NCBI GenBank assembly: GCA_039934295.1
Contig: JBDTMN010000005.1
Span: forward strand, 921 to 64,920
Length of the DNA stretch: 64,000 nucleotides
Reading direction: 5' to 3'
DNA from: Candidatus Tayloriibacteriota bacterium
GTDB taxonomy: Bacteria > Patescibacteriota > Minisyncoccia > Phycocordibacterales > HO2-43-120
Shown piece after piece: positions 9,785 to 20,357 of this stretch; position 1 is the stretch's first letter, and each line of letters begins with the position of its first letter. The notes below the pieces were generated by a model, which made no database searches, was not told the origin of the DNA, and worked only from the letters and a program-made list of their open reading frames with translations. The position numbers and the translations under genes were made by a program.

Positions 9785-10447
9785 ATGCCCAAAATTAAGG
9801 ATATACCAAAATTTGATAGACCTAGAGAGAAACTGGAAAAATATGGTTCAGGAAAATTATCTGATGCTGAACTTTTAGCAATTCTACTTCGAACAGGTAC
9901 GAGAGATTTAAATGTTTTAAAATTAGCTCACAAGATTTTGCAAAAATTTGAAAAAGAAAAATTTGTCAATATAACAATTGATGAATTGAAGACCATTCAT
10001 GGATTAGGTCCAGTAAAGGCTTGTGAGATTATTGCTTGTTTCGAGTTAGGAAAACGTATGTTGAAAGGCAAAAAATCATCAATTTTACTTTCTTCTAAAG
10101 ATGTTTGGGAACGGATGGAAGATATTAGAGGGAGCAAAAAAGAGCATTTTGTAGTTTTTTATTTGGATAGTAGAAACCAAGAAATACAGAGAGAAATTAT
10201 CTCAGTAGGGACTCTCAATGAGAGTTTGGTTCATCCCCGAGAGGTTTTTGAGGGTGCAATCAAAAATAACGCTTCCTCGATTATTATTGCTCATAATCAC
10301 CCTTCAGGAGATTTGGGGCCATCTGAAGCTGATATTGAGATAACAAAAAAATTAATCCATGCTGGAAAAATTCTAGATATCAAGGTTGCTGATCATGTAA
10401 TTGTCTCCAGCTCATCTTTTATGGGTTTTATTGCAAATATCGTATGA
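9785..10447 (+). CDS. radC: RadC family protein (JAB/MPN domain)
   Basis: RPREKL, LSDAELLAILLRTG, VHPREVF, AHNHPSGD...SEAD, DHVIV. Confidence 0.93.
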   Translation: MPKIKDIPKFDRPREKLEKYGSGKLSDAELLAILLRTGTRDLNVLKLAHKILQKFEKEKFVNITIDELKTIHGLGPVKACEIIACFELGKRMLKGKKSSILLSSKDVWERMEDIRGSKKEHFVVFYLDSRNQEIQREIISVGTLNESLVHPREVFEGAIKNNASSIIIAHNHPSGDLGPSEADIEITKKLIHAGKILDIKVADHVIVSSSSFMGFIANIV

Positions 10448-10896
10448 AAATAAAAAGTGACAAAAAAGCTAAAGAAGAATTTGCAGAAATTCTTAAAACT
10501 AGAGGTTATTCTGATGTGCGGATAGTAAAGCAACCAGCTGATATTACTGCTATAAAAAATGATACAACATATTTTTTTGAGATTAAAAAAACTTCTGCGA
10601 AGAAGGAGTATTTTGGTGCAGCGACACTTACGGAATGGAGAGCTGCATATGAAAATCCCAATAGTTATTTTTTTGTTATAGCACAAGAGATACCAGAAGG
10701 TTTTAATTTTATTGAGTATACTCCTGATGAATTTGAGAAATTCTCATCTATTCCTCCTTTTAAAATATTTTTCAACATACCTTTAAATGGAAATAACAAA
10801 GTTGAAACAAGAAGGAAAAATAGGTCTGCAATTCAATTTATGAGAGAAAAATTGATAAAATTGGACGAGATATTTTCAACTTTTAAAAATGGCTAA
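10444..10896 (+). CDS. Small PD-(D/E)XK-like nuclease
   Basis: ADITA...YFFEIKK motif; overlaps radC and the REase, suggesting translational coupling. Confidence 0.65.
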   Translation: MKIKSDKKAKEEFAEILKTRGYSDVRIVKQPADITAIKNDTTYFFEIKKTSAKKEYFGAATLTEWRAAYENPNSYFFVIAQEIPEGFNFIEYTPDEFEKFSSIPPFKIFFNIPLNGNNKVETRRKNRSAIQFMREKLIKLDEIFSTFKNG

Positions 10897-12286
10897 AATA
10901 TATCAAACAAAAGAACAAGTCTTGGAAAAAGCAGAAACAATTTTGCATAAATCTTTGCGTGAGGTTATTTCCTTAGAATCACTTGGAATTATTGAGACCC
11001 AAATTGGAGAATATGGAATGAAGCGCAAAGGATTTTTGGGTGATTTGATAGAAAAATACTTTTTTGATATTAACCCCGGAAATATTAGTGAGCCAGATTT
11101 TAAAATTGCAGAGGTTGAACTTAAAACTACTCCACTAAAGAAACATGGCAATAAAAAATTAGTTTCGAAGGAAAGATTAGTTTTCTCAATGATTAACTAC
11201 GACACTGTCGTGAATGAAACATGGAAGCTAAGCTCTTTCTTAAAAAAGAACAGGTCATTATTATTGATGTTCTACTTATGGATGGAAAATAGGAGTATTC
11301 TTGATTATGAATTTAAATTTGTTCATCTATTGAATTTGCTAGAAGATATTTCTAGTGAAGATTTTTTTCAAATTCAAAAGGATTGGGAGTATATTGTTTC
11401 AAAAATAAAACGAGGAGAAGCACATCTTTTATCTGAAGGCGACACTTACTATCTCGGTGCTTGTACGAAGGCGGCGAATAGTCGAGTTGTAAGAGATCAA
11501 CCAATGAATCGTATGCCCGCAAAACCCCGTGCATTTTCTTTCAAACAACAATATATAAATTATCTGATCCAAACAAAGCTACTTGGCGAAAAAACAAACA
11601 CAGACTCAATTTTTAAGAAACAGAGACGAATTGAGACTATAGAAGATTTAATTAAGGAAAAGTTTTCTGCGTTTATAGGAAAAACTGACAAAGAAATACT
11701 TAATAAACTTGGCTCAAATCTCGGCACAAAAGCAAAAAGCTATAAGAGATTGATTGTTAATAGGATTCTTGATGTTAATTCAAATAACATCGAAGAGCTA
11801 GAAAAAGCCAATATAACTCTTAAGGTAATAACACTTGAACATAGTGGGACACTTAAAGAATCTATGTCATTCCCTGCATTTGATTACAAAGATTTAGTAA
11901 CTCAAATTTGGAATGATGACGAAGAAGAATCAATGGCTGATTTTCACCTACAACTTGAAACTAAAAAATTCTTGTTTGTTGTGTTTCAAAAACAGAAAGG
12001 AAGTGACGACATAATACTCAAAAAAACTATGTTCTGGAATTTTCCAATGAAAGATATTTCTGAGGCGGAGAACGTTTGGCAAAAAACAATTGATTGTATT
12101 AATGATGGTAGGTACGATAAATTACCAAAACTCAAAGATAGTCATGTGGCACATGTTCGTCCTCATGGAAAAGACTCGACCGATACAATTGCAACACCTC
12201 AAAATACACAGGAAATGAAGCGCTGTTTTTGGCTTAATGCTAAATATATACAACAAGCCATAGAAAACAAAAAAGATCAAGGTTGA
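10889..12286 (+). CDS. Sau3AI/MutH-family type II restriction endonuclease
   Basis: KGFLG...EPDF...VELKTTP, KERLV, GEAHLLSEGDT.YLGACTK, duplicated MutH-like domain ending FWLNAKYI. Confidence 0.88.
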   Translation: MAKIYQTKEQVLEKAETILHKSLREVISLESLGIIETQIGEYGMKRKGFLGDLIEKYFFDINPGNISEPDFKIAEVELKTTPLKKHGNKKLVSKERLVFSMINYDTVVNETWKLSSFLKKNRSLLLMFYLWMENRSILDYEFKFVHLLNLLEDISSEDFFQIQKDWEYIVSKIKRGEAHLLSEGDTYYLGACTKAANSRVVRDQPMNRMPAKPRAFSFKQQYINYLIQTKLLGEKTNTDSIFKKQRRIETIEDLIKEKFSAFIGKTDKEILNKLGSNLGTKAKSYKRLIVNRILDVNSNNIEELEKANITLKVITLEHSGTLKESMSFPAFDYKDLVTQIWNDDEEESMADFHLQLETKKFLFVVFQKQKGSDDIILKKTMFWNFPMKDISEAENVWQKTIDCINDGRYDKLPKLKDSHVAHVRPHGKDSTDTIATPQNTQEMKRCFWLNAKYIQQAIENKKDQG

Positions 12287-12311
12287 TCAATTTGTTGCTA
12301 TTTGCTATAAT
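12283..12311 (+). promoter_or_regulatory. Sigma70-type promoter of the methyltransferase
   Basis: TTGATC-17 nt-TATAAT, ending 6 nt before ATG 12318. Confidence 0.7.
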
Positions 12312-12317
12312 TACCTC

Positions 12318-13595
12318 ATGAAGAAAATACGAGTTGCTGAATTATTTGCAGGTGTGGGTGGGTTTAGAATTGGCCTGGAATCTGCTGCAAAAAAACAAAA
12401 AAACCTTAAATATGAGGTTGTCTGGAGTAGTCAGTGGGAACCGGGTGCAACCACTCAACACGCATCAGAAATATATGAGTTAAATTTTGGTAAAGATGGA
12501 CATTCAAATGAGGATATCCAAGAGGTCATCGCAAATAAATTTCACGAGATTCAAGATCACGATTTGCTCGTTGGCGGATTCCCTTGTCAGGATTATTCCG
12601 TCGCAAGAACACTAAGCCAAGCTAAAGGATTAGAGGGAAAAAAGGGGGTACTCTGGTGGTCAATTTATAATATCCTCAAAAAAAAAGGGAAAAATGCTCC
12701 CGGTTTTCTTATGTTGGAAAATGTTGACCGTCTTTTAAAATCACCATCTGGCCAGAGAGGTCGTGATTTTGCAGTTATGCTCTCATCTCTTAATAATTTA
12801 GGATACATCGTCGAATGGCGAGTAATAAATGCGGCCGAGTATGGAATGCCTCAAAGAAGAAGAAGAGTCTATATCCTAGGATATAAGAAAGGAACAAATA
12901 TTTACAAAAAAATTAAAGCCGAAAAAAATAAGGAAAAATGGATAAATAATGACGGAGTCATTGCAAAAGTTTTTCCTGTAAAAAATACAATTACCAGCAA
13001 TAACAGATTTTTCTTAGAGAAAGATTTAGTGAGACTATCTAAAAATTTTTCACTGGGTAAATCAACGAAAAGTCCTTTTGAAATCGCAGGCATTATGATT
13101 GACGGAGATGTTTACACACACAGAGTTACTCCTGAGTACAACGGCAACCTTACTACCTTAAGAGACCTTGTTGAGTCTGATGAGAAAAAGATTCCAAAAG
13201 AATTTTTTATTGATACTAAAGATATGCCTATGTGGAAATATCTTAAAGGAGGGAAAAAAGAAGCCCGAAAAAGTAAAAATGGATTCACCTATGATTATTC
13301 TGAGGGTGCTATGGTTTTCCCCGACTCATTAGAAAAACCATCTAGAACTATAGTGACTGGAGAAGGCGGTTCTTCACCTTCAAGATTTAAGCATGTAATA
13401 AAGACAAAATCAGGAAGTCTCCGCAGGTTAATACCGAAGGAGCTTGAAAAATTAAATATGTTTCCAGAGGGTCACACAGAAAAAATGCTCAATGGGAAAC
13501 TGACTCCTGACATAAAACGTGCTTTCATCATGGGTAATGCCCTTGTCGTCGGCGTAATAGAAAAATTGGGAAAATCTTTGGCTATGTTTCTGTAG
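12318..13595 (+). CDS. DNA (cytosine-5) methyltransferase, M.Sau3AI-like
   Basis: ELFAGVGG, GGFPCQDYSVAR, ENVDRLLKSP.QRGRDFAVML, QRRRR, GNAL motifs. Confidence 0.93.
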   Translation: MKKIRVAELFAGVGGFRIGLESAAKKQKNLKYEVVWSSQWEPGATTQHASEIYELNFGKDGHSNEDIQEVIANKFHEIQDHDLLVGGFPCQDYSVARTLSQAKGLEGKKGVLWWSIYNILKKKGKNAPGFLMLENVDRLLKSPSGQRGRDFAVMLSSLNNLGYIVEWRVINAAEYGMPQRRRRVYILGYKKGTNIYKKIKAEKNKEKWINNDGVIAKVFPVKNTITSNNRFFLEKDLVRLSKNFSLGKSTKSPFEIAGIMIDGDVYTHRVTPEYNGNLTTLRDLVESDEKKIPKEFFIDTKDMPMWKYLKGGKKEARKSKNGFTYDYSEGAMVFPDSLEKPSRTIVTGEGGSSPSRFKHVIKTKSGSLRRLIPKELEKLNMFPEGHTEKMLNGKLTPDIKRAFIMGNALVVGVIEKLGKSLAMFL

Positions 13596-13959
13596 GAGAT
13601 GAATTTTAAAATAATCTTGATGCTTTGTATAATCTGACAGAGAAGTCCGCCTTCGGCAAGGACCGTCCTTGACATAGATTTGTCGAGCTTGATACTTCTG
13701 ACAACTTTCTCAGCCTATACTCGGCACCTTCAATCATGGAAGAGTAAGCAAAATTAGACCACACTTTTCAAAATAGAAAGGGCACCTTTCTATTACCTTT
13801 CTATTACTGAACGTGCGGTTCAGAATCTTCGTTGGGATTTCGTTCCATATCTACTAACAAAAGTCAGTAAACTTAGGAACGTTTCTTATTAAGTTGTAAG
13901 GTAACTATAGCAAAATACACCTAAAAGAACAGGTTTTTTAGCTTCCGTGAATATAGAAA

Positions 13960-15240
13960 CTAAAGTGATTTTAACCAATCAATGACCTTAATATTAGTTT
14001 CAAGCATTTCGATCACTTCTCTTTGTTTTGGTTCTTTTCCTTTATGCACAATCTCATTTCTTGTCTGATCGTAGAGCGTACACCACTTATTCCAAAGAGG
14101 TTCATCGGCTTCGTATAGAGATGTACTTTTTAGTTCTCTTAAACATTCTTTTAACCTTTCTTTTGTACGCCAATGCTGATCAAGATATTTTACCGCATCA
14201 GGTTCAGAATCTCCTCGTAATAGTAATATTTTGAATAAAAAGTTTTCCAAAAAAATCTCAAGTGCCTGAAATGATTGCACTACTGCAAGAGTGAAATCTT
14301 TGTTATCCAAAGACGTTTGAGCATCTAGTAACAGAAGATCGAAAATCTCAGGTTTTTCTCCCTTTTCAAGCATCTCTTTAATTTTTGTGATCTCATTCTT
14401 AGATCGATTCATTGTGGCAGTCTCAATACCAAAACCTGATCCCAATATGTAAAATCCTTTATTATGTTCTATGAAATAGATTGTATTTATCTCAAGCGTA
14501 CCCAATCTTTGGACAAAGCCATTTCTAGTTACCCCACGATAGCTATCTATCAATTTATTCACTACTGTAAGAGCAGTCTCTTTAACGTCGTCGATAACTT
14601 TTTCTAATTGGTTTCGATTAGCCAATTCTTGTACAGAAGTTGTTTTGTCGAATTGAATATAAAGAGCTGAATATCGGAACGTGCCATTTTGATCTTTCAT
14701 TCTCTCGATATTTCTACCTGTAAAGTCCTGTTCCCATCCATCATCAAAATCAACAGGTACTTTTGGAGTTAAAATTACACTGTTATTAAAATATGTTGTT
14801 TTATCTTCTGAAAAGAAATCAATCTCACTCGATTTTACCGCACCCTCCTGAGCTTTTTTAGTCCATATTTTTCTATGTATCAACAAAGCCTTGATTCCTA
14901 GTTCTGGTAGATCAACCTCTAGTTCATAGTGATTTGGTATATGTAAGCAGTACGGTAGGTGTGCCTCAACAAAAATATTACCGTAATCACAGTCTTTGAG
15001 GGCATCAGGATTATCATACTGAAAAGCCATTTGTGTCGTGTATATCGCGCTTAAAGGAGTAAGTCTTACAATCTGTAAATCTTGTTTGATCTTTTCTCTT
15101 AGATTTTCTTCTGGTGTCTCTGTAAGTTTATCTTTATTTGCGATTAGTGAGAGTTCTTCTTCTGAGGAAGTTTCTCCTACGGTAAAGACACCTTTGATGT
15201 TAATTTCAGTCTTGTTTTTGATTCTAAGCGGGTCTGCCAT
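13960..15240 (-). CDS. C-terminal HEPN domain protein (ApeA-like architecture)
   Basis: AVVQSFQALE helix and R-X4-H motif RNEIVH near the C-terminus. Confidence 0.65.
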   Translation of the reverse strand: MADPLRIKNKTEINIKGVFTVGETSSEEELSLIANKDKLTETPEENLREKIKQDLQIVRLTPLSAIYTTQMAFQYDNPDALKDCDYGNIFVEAHLPYCLHIPNHYELEVDLPELGIKALLIHRKIWTKKAQEGAVKSSEIDFFSEDKTTYFNNSVILTPKVPVDFDDGWEQDFTGRNIERMKDQNGTFRYSALYIQFDKTTSVQELANRNQLEKVIDDVKETALTVVNKLIDSYRGVTRNGFVQRLGTLEINTIYFIEHNKGFYILGSGFGIETATMNRSKNEITKIKEMLEKGEKPEIFDLLLLDAQTSLDNKDFTLAVVQSFQALEIFLENFLFKILLLRGDSEPDAVKYLDQHWRTKERLKECLRELKSTSLYEADEPLWNKWCTLYDQTRNEIVHKGKEPKQREVIEMLETNIKVIDWLKSL

Positions 15241-15275
15241 ATAGTTGTATGCCTATTTTAGCAAATATAGGTATT

Positions 15276-15746
15276 TTATATAGGGTCTATATTGTTCTCC
15301 CTCAGTAACCTTTCTAAGTGCTCGATCCGTTGTTCTTGTTGGGTTAGTTGAAAAGCAACCACAGCGCTAGATGAAAACTCGTGAGGGCGTTTTAGCTCCA
15401 AGTATCGCCACGATGATTTTACATCTCCATTCAATAACGCTTGGAAGATTGCTTTGCGAGCAAGCAGTATTGGAGTGGCTTGTAAAAGCTCGATTTTGTT
15501 GCGAAACTCGGGATTATTTTTACAGTATCGATAGAACGAATCTGTCGAAATACCCGCCAAATTACAGGCTTCTTGAGCTGTACCACCTATTGAAGAAACA
15601 TACTGTAATTTCGCAACAACCTCATTTTCGTCTTTCCCGTCAAAGACAGGTCTACCAACGTATCTATTTTTGATCCTTGCTCGATAAGGAGAGAAAGTTA
15701 ATACAACATCACGGACTTTGAGTTTTTGCTTCTGAAATGTAATCAT
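15276..15746 (-). CDS. HTH protein resembling phage terminase small subunit
   Basis: GRP...EACNLAGISTDSFYRY...P.F...WRYLE pattern. Confidence 0.55.
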   Translation of the reverse strand: MITFQKQKLKVRDVVLTFSPYRARIKNRYVGRPVFDGKDENEVVAKLQYVSSIGGTAQEACNLAGISTDSFYRYCKNNPEFRNKIELLQATPILLARKAIFQALLNGDVKSSWRYLELKRPHEFSSSAVVAFQLTQQEQRIEHLERLLRENNIDPI

Positions 15747-15846
15747 AGAGATTAAGCAGTTATATCAGCGGTTTCCTTAGATAGTTTAGGTATATAAAAA
15801 TAATTTGATGGCACTACCCAATAGGTTCTAATGTCATCTACTACCC

Positions 15847-15901
15847 TCCGCCCATACAAAAAACGAGCACTCTGGAGGTGCTCGTTTTTTGTATGGGCGG
15901 A
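15847..15901. terminator. Long inverted repeat (24 bp arms), probable terminator
   Basis: TCCGCCCATACAAAAAACGAGCAC...GTGCTCGTTTTTTGTATGGGCGGA. Confidence 0.65.
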
Positions 15902-15963
15902 AGTTTTTAACCGAAGTTCGAACGTTTTTTTAAAAAAATTCGCAACAGAACTATGTAGTCCAC

Positions 15964-18900
15964 TTAAATCCTAAAACTCTCTTTGATAATCCCCTTCTTG
16001 TTAGTCGACACATCCTTGCTCATTATCACAGTATAACTACCATCTGCGTTTTTCTTTTGAATTTCAACGCGAAATTCACCAGGTGGCACCAGACAATAGT
16101 ATCTTCCATACGCATCAGATACGACCGATTTTATTACGGCAAATTTATCCGGAGTATATACCTTTATGATTGCGTACGAGAGAGGTTGACCCGTCCGCGA
16201 ATCAATCACTGTGCCATACTGACGACCCCTAATTCCAAACATATACATCACACACAGAATGATGTAAGCGAATGAGAGAATGAGGTTTAGAGTGGAGAAG
16301 TTGAAAATATTTTCGACAATAGTAAACACCAAACCTGCTCCAAAAAGTATTTCACGTACCAGAGCAAATATTCGCTCATTTTTAGAGTGAAAAATCATCA
16401 GATCTTTGTCATGCTTTGCGAATTCGTTCCAATCAAACCCAACAGGATCTAAAGGAATATTTTTCTTCACAATTTCACCTGAAGAGATGTCAATCATTCC
16501 TCCAAAATACAAATCACCGTAGATTTCATCAAAACCTTTTCCCGACATTCGTTCCGAAGGAAATACACAGTGGGTCTTTTGAGCTTTCAACGTATACTTT
16601 CCGGGAGATAAGAGAAAACCGTATCTCCCGTCAAGGTCGGTGATTGACTCCGCTACTACGTTGCCCGAGATATCGAGTGCCGAAACAATCGCGGGATCAA
16701 GTGGCTGTTTGGTAACACTGTCGTATACCGTCCCCCATGGAGTTATTCTCTTTTTTATTCCAAAAAATATGAGGAGCAATCCCCAAAATCTTCTTAGTTG
16801 CAAAAGTAGTTCCGCAAGTGAATTGAACGACAGAGAACTTGAAACGACAGCGAGAAAAGGCACAATGAGACCGAGTGCTTTGACAACCGTTGCCTCTTTC
16901 GAATTTACAATAGTTTTGGATATACTTGTAGCGTCATCTATGATCCTTCCGACAACTGAAGTAAGACCTGAGACAATCGATACGAAAGACGTATTGCTTC
17001 CTGAAGTCGATATGCCATTGTTACCAGACGTGTTTTTTGTGTTGTCAATATTGTCAACATTATTGTCCACACTAGAATCGAAAGGTCCTGGGTTATTGTC
17101 GTTGGGATTAGTCTGCGTGTCGTTCATATTTGAATCAAGAAGAGGGTCATTCACCGGTAATTTATTTGGCGGTGGCGTCGGAATAATCGGTGGTCTAACT
17201 ACACGAGTAGTATAGTTCTTCTGGAATTCGAGTGGTATAGGTGTGCGGCGCGAAGACGAGCCTCCGGAAGAACCGCTCCCAGTAGAGCTAGGTGGCACAA
17301 CTGGAGGAACCGGACAACTTTCTGTCGCAAACATCACATCCTCTCCATAGGAAAGTCCCACGGTACTTCCGGCATATGCCGCCATGTGATAGGTGGTATC
17401 GCAAATTAAATCAGTAATCGGGGCAGTGAAAGTTCCGGCCGAGAAATCTCCCGATTCAGTTGTGGTTGAGGTGTAGGAAGCAGTAAGACCATATACGATA
17501 CCTCTCACATCTGGAATGACATCTCCTGTTGCCGTAATCGTTCCATTACCCGTAGCGGTAGTTTGGGTAATAGATGAAACTGCTTGAGTTGTAACGGTAG
17601 GGGCGAAAACGGCAATAGTGGTGGTCGAGAGTATGGCTCCAGTTGACGTGCCAGTAGAATTAACAGCATACGCTCGGAAGTAGTAGAGGGTGTTCGGAGT
17701 AAGACCGGTGAGATTTTCGGAGAATGATGCAGTTCCGATTTGAGCGCCCAAGGTTGAGGTGGCAATTACCGTCGAGAGGTCTGCTGACGTGCCATATGCA
17801 AAACCGCTTTCAGTTGCATCCTCTCCGCCGGTATCGGTGATGACTCCGTTTAAGGTCGCAGTAGTTTGAGTGACGGAAGAAGCAGCTTGGGTAGTGAGGA
17901 AGGAACCAGAAGGAGCGAGCGTGGCAGTCGAAAGAATGGAACCATACGAAGTTCCAGAAGGGTTTATGGCATACGCGCGAAAGTAGTAGGTGGTGTTCTG
18001 TTGTAGACCGGTTATATTTTGAAGGAATGAGGCTGTGCCAGTTTGAGAGCCCAAGGTTGAGGTGGCAATCACCGTCGAGAGGTCTGCTGACGTGCCATAT
18101 GCAAAACCGCTTTCAGTTGCATCGCCACCACTACCAGTAGCGGTTATTGTTCCGTTAAAGGTTATTGAAGATATAGTTATTGCAGTGGGGGGAGAAGTCG
18201 TAACATGCATCAAATCAACAAAAGTTACAGCCCCTAAAGAATCAGTGTAATTTAGTACGTCTGAAGCTGTGGCCGTACTCGTGAATGCTCCATTCAAAAA
18301 TGTGATACCTAAATTGGATATACTATTAGCCACAGCGTGACTTGAAGCAGTACCGGTAAATGTAAGAGTTGCCGTAGTACCAGCGCCGTTTACCGTCATG
18401 AGAGGAGTGAGACCGGCCGGAGCATTGCTGAGAGAGTAATCAGTATTTAAAGTGAGCGTTGAACCAGCATGAGTAAATAGGTCATTTGTAAGAGTAGCTA
18501 TGCGACTTCCAGAGACGATACCGTCATCAGCGCCGGTTTCGGTGAAAGAACCGGAGTATGAGGTAATTTTAGGTTCCGCAAATTTGTATACAATAGGTGG
18601 GTGATTGCTGTTGATACCAGCATCATTAAATATTACAAATGGAGTGTCATTGTGATCTATAGCCAAAGCAATAAAGGTTACGGCTCCAACGGAAAAACCT
18701 GAAGTGCCGACAGTGTCCCACGAGGAACCACTCCATTTTTTTACCACAATTTTGTCAGCAGGAATTGTGGTAGAATCAGCATATGCTATATATGGAGTAC
18801 CTAATGAATCCGTAGCGATATTCACACTAGATGCTACTCCATCAGAAAAACCGCGTGTCCCGATAAGATTCCAGGTTGCTCCATTATATTTATATACGGT

Positions 18901-19782
18901 AGCTTTTCCGCTATAAGGCGCTGGGAGATCAGAGTACCCTACATATGGCAATATACCCGTAGAATCAAGAGCTAATATTTTTTGAGCCTGTACACCGAAA
19001 CCTGAAATACCAGTACTTCCAATGGGGACATATTCCCAATTTAGCCCATTTAATTTTTTTACTACAGCTCTATTTCCTCCACCCACACCGGTATCTTCAT
19101 ATGCAAGATAGGGAACATTAGAAGAATTTATTTTAATTGCTATTTTGAATGCTGAATCAACCGAAATTGTAAATGGAGCCGTAAAAGGACTAGCACCACC
19201 GACATACAGCCAAGCAGAACCGTTCCATTTTCGAACTACAGTCTTATAGTTAGATGCGTCAACAAGATCACTATATGCTATATATACAAGACCTGTTGAA
19301 TCAATGGCGATAGATGGCTCACTTTGTAGATACCACTGACTTAAGCAAGCGGTGCCTTCATATACCCAATTTACTCCATCGAATTTTTTAACGCTTATGC
19401 CAAATTGTCCTTGAGTAGGACAATGTTGATCTCTAAACGCAACATATGGAACGCCAGAAGGACTGAGAGCCAGACGTGAGTAAAGAGCGCCAACGCCACC
19501 ATTGATATCTGCACTGCCCACTAAAGTCCACGACGAACCATTCCATTTTTTTAAATAACTTTTGCCGGTATCATAATATACGACATATGGTATATTTTGG
19601 GAATCAAAGACTATATCCTCCCAGGCTCCTCCATGTGGAGGAGTAAATTCTGATATTGAACCACTACCAACGATAGTCCATTGAGTAACGGCTAGTGCAT
19701 TCTGGGCAATAGAAAAACTTACAATAACTGTAAAAAGCGCAAGGGCATATTTAAAGTTTTTACTATTTCGTATTTTTGACAT
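15964..19782 (-). CDS. Large surface protein: propeller-like repeats, Ig/FN3-like repeats, Pro/Ser linker, membrane anchor with carboxypeptidase-regulatory-like domains
   Basis: Signal peptide, repeated DS.G.PYVAY...KKWNG..W, YYFRAYA repeats, PWGTVYDSVTKQPLDPA; likely start MSKIRN at 19782. Confidence 0.8.
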   Translation of the reverse strand: MSKIRNSKNFKYALALFTVIVSFSIAQNALAVTQWTIVGSGSISEFTPPHGGAWEDIVFDSQNIPYVVYYDTGKSYLKKWNGSSWTLVGSADINGGVGALYSRLALSPSGVPYVAFRDQHCPTQGQFGISVKKFDGVNWVYEGTACLSQWYLQSEPSIAIDSTGLVYIAYSDLVDASNYKTVVRKWNGSAWLYVGGASPFTAPFTISVDSAFKIAIKINSSNVPYLAYEDTGVGGGNRAVVKKLNGLNWEYVPIGSTGISGFGVQAQKILALDSTGILPYVGYSDLPAPYSGKATVYKYNGATWNLIGTRGFSDGVASSVNIATDSLGTPYIAYADSTTIPADKIVVKKWSGSSWDTVGTSGFSVGAVTFIALAIDHNDTPFVIFNDAGINSNHPPIVYKFAEPKITSYSGSFTETGADDGIVSGSRIATLTNDLFTHAGSTLTLNTDYSLSNAPAGLTPLMTVNGAGTTATLTFTGTASSHAVANSISNLGITFLNGAFTSTATASDVLNYTDSLGAVTFVDLMHVTTSPPTAITISSITFNGTITATGSGGDATESGFAYGTSADLSTVIATSTLGSQTGTASFLQNITGLQQNTTYYFRAYAINPSGTSYGSILSTATLAPSGSFLTTQAASSVTQTTATLNGVITDTGGEDATESGFAYGTSADLSTVIATSTLGAQIGTASFSENLTGLTPNTLYYFRAYAVNSTGTSTGAILSTTTIAVFAPTVTTQAVSSITQTTATGNGTITATGDVIPDVRGIVYGLTASYTSTTTESGDFSAGTFTAPITDLICDTTYHMAAYAGSTVGLSYGEDVMFATESCPVPPVVPPSSTGSGSSGGSSSRRTPIPLEFQKNYTTRVVRPPIIPTPPPNKLPVNDPLLDSNMNDTQTNPNDNNPGPFDSSVDNNVDNIDNTKNTSGNNGISTSGSNTSFVSIVSGLTSVVGRIIDDATSISKTIVNSKEATVVKALGLIVPFLAVVSSSLSFNSLAELLLQLRRFWGLLLIFFGIKKRITPWGTVYDSVTKQPLDPAIVSALDISGNVVAESITDLDGRYGFLLSPGKYTLKAQKTHCVFPSERMSGKGFDEIYGDLYFGGMIDISSGEIVKKNIPLDPVGFDWNEFAKHDKDLMIFHSKNERIFALVREILFGAGLVFTIVENIFNFSTLNLILSFAYIILCVMYMFGIRGRQYGTVIDSRTGQPLSYAIIKVYTPDKFAVIKSVVSDAYGRYYCLVPPGEFRVEIQKKNADGSYTVIMSKDVSTNKKGIIKESFRI

Positions 19783-20357
19783 AAAACAATTAATGGTAAC
19801 TACCTGTATTATTGCCATAGAATACCACAAGCTCGCAACTCACGCACACTACTCTAATAACAAAATTTAAACTAGGATCAAACTCATGAGGTGCTATTTT
19901 CTGGAATTTCAAGAATATGCAGATTGCCTCTATAAATTTTTTCTCAAGTGTCACACAAGACCGCCCCCACCAAAGCGCACTAGGCGCTAGGAAACTAGGC
20001 AGTAGGCTCTAGCAGAAATGCTAATGCCTAAAGCCTAATGAATTTCGGTGGGGAAGGAAGGAGAGGATGACGCCAGGTCAGCATGTCCCTCTGATATCCT
20101 ATGCTGGCGGCGAAGCAAAACCAAAAATTTCCTTTCCATTTTTTGTCGGCCCCCCACACTCACCCGCCGAGGAAAATAAGAAAGGTAAGGAAAATTTTTG
20201 GGTTTTGCATTGCGACCGTAGGGGCAGACGAGGCGCGCAGATTAATAGCAATCATCAGGATTTAGTTCGAAATACATTCGAACTTCGTTCAGTAGATACC
20301 GCCCAATTTTGAAATTGAAAATTGGGACGGGAGATGGAAGAAAATAATTTTTATATT

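Noticed and set aside
13600-13950. Possible gene remnant after the MTase
   Set aside because: No recognisable motif in the frames examined
20067-20312. 81 aa ORF
   Set aside because: Spans a long inverted repeat; more likely non-coding
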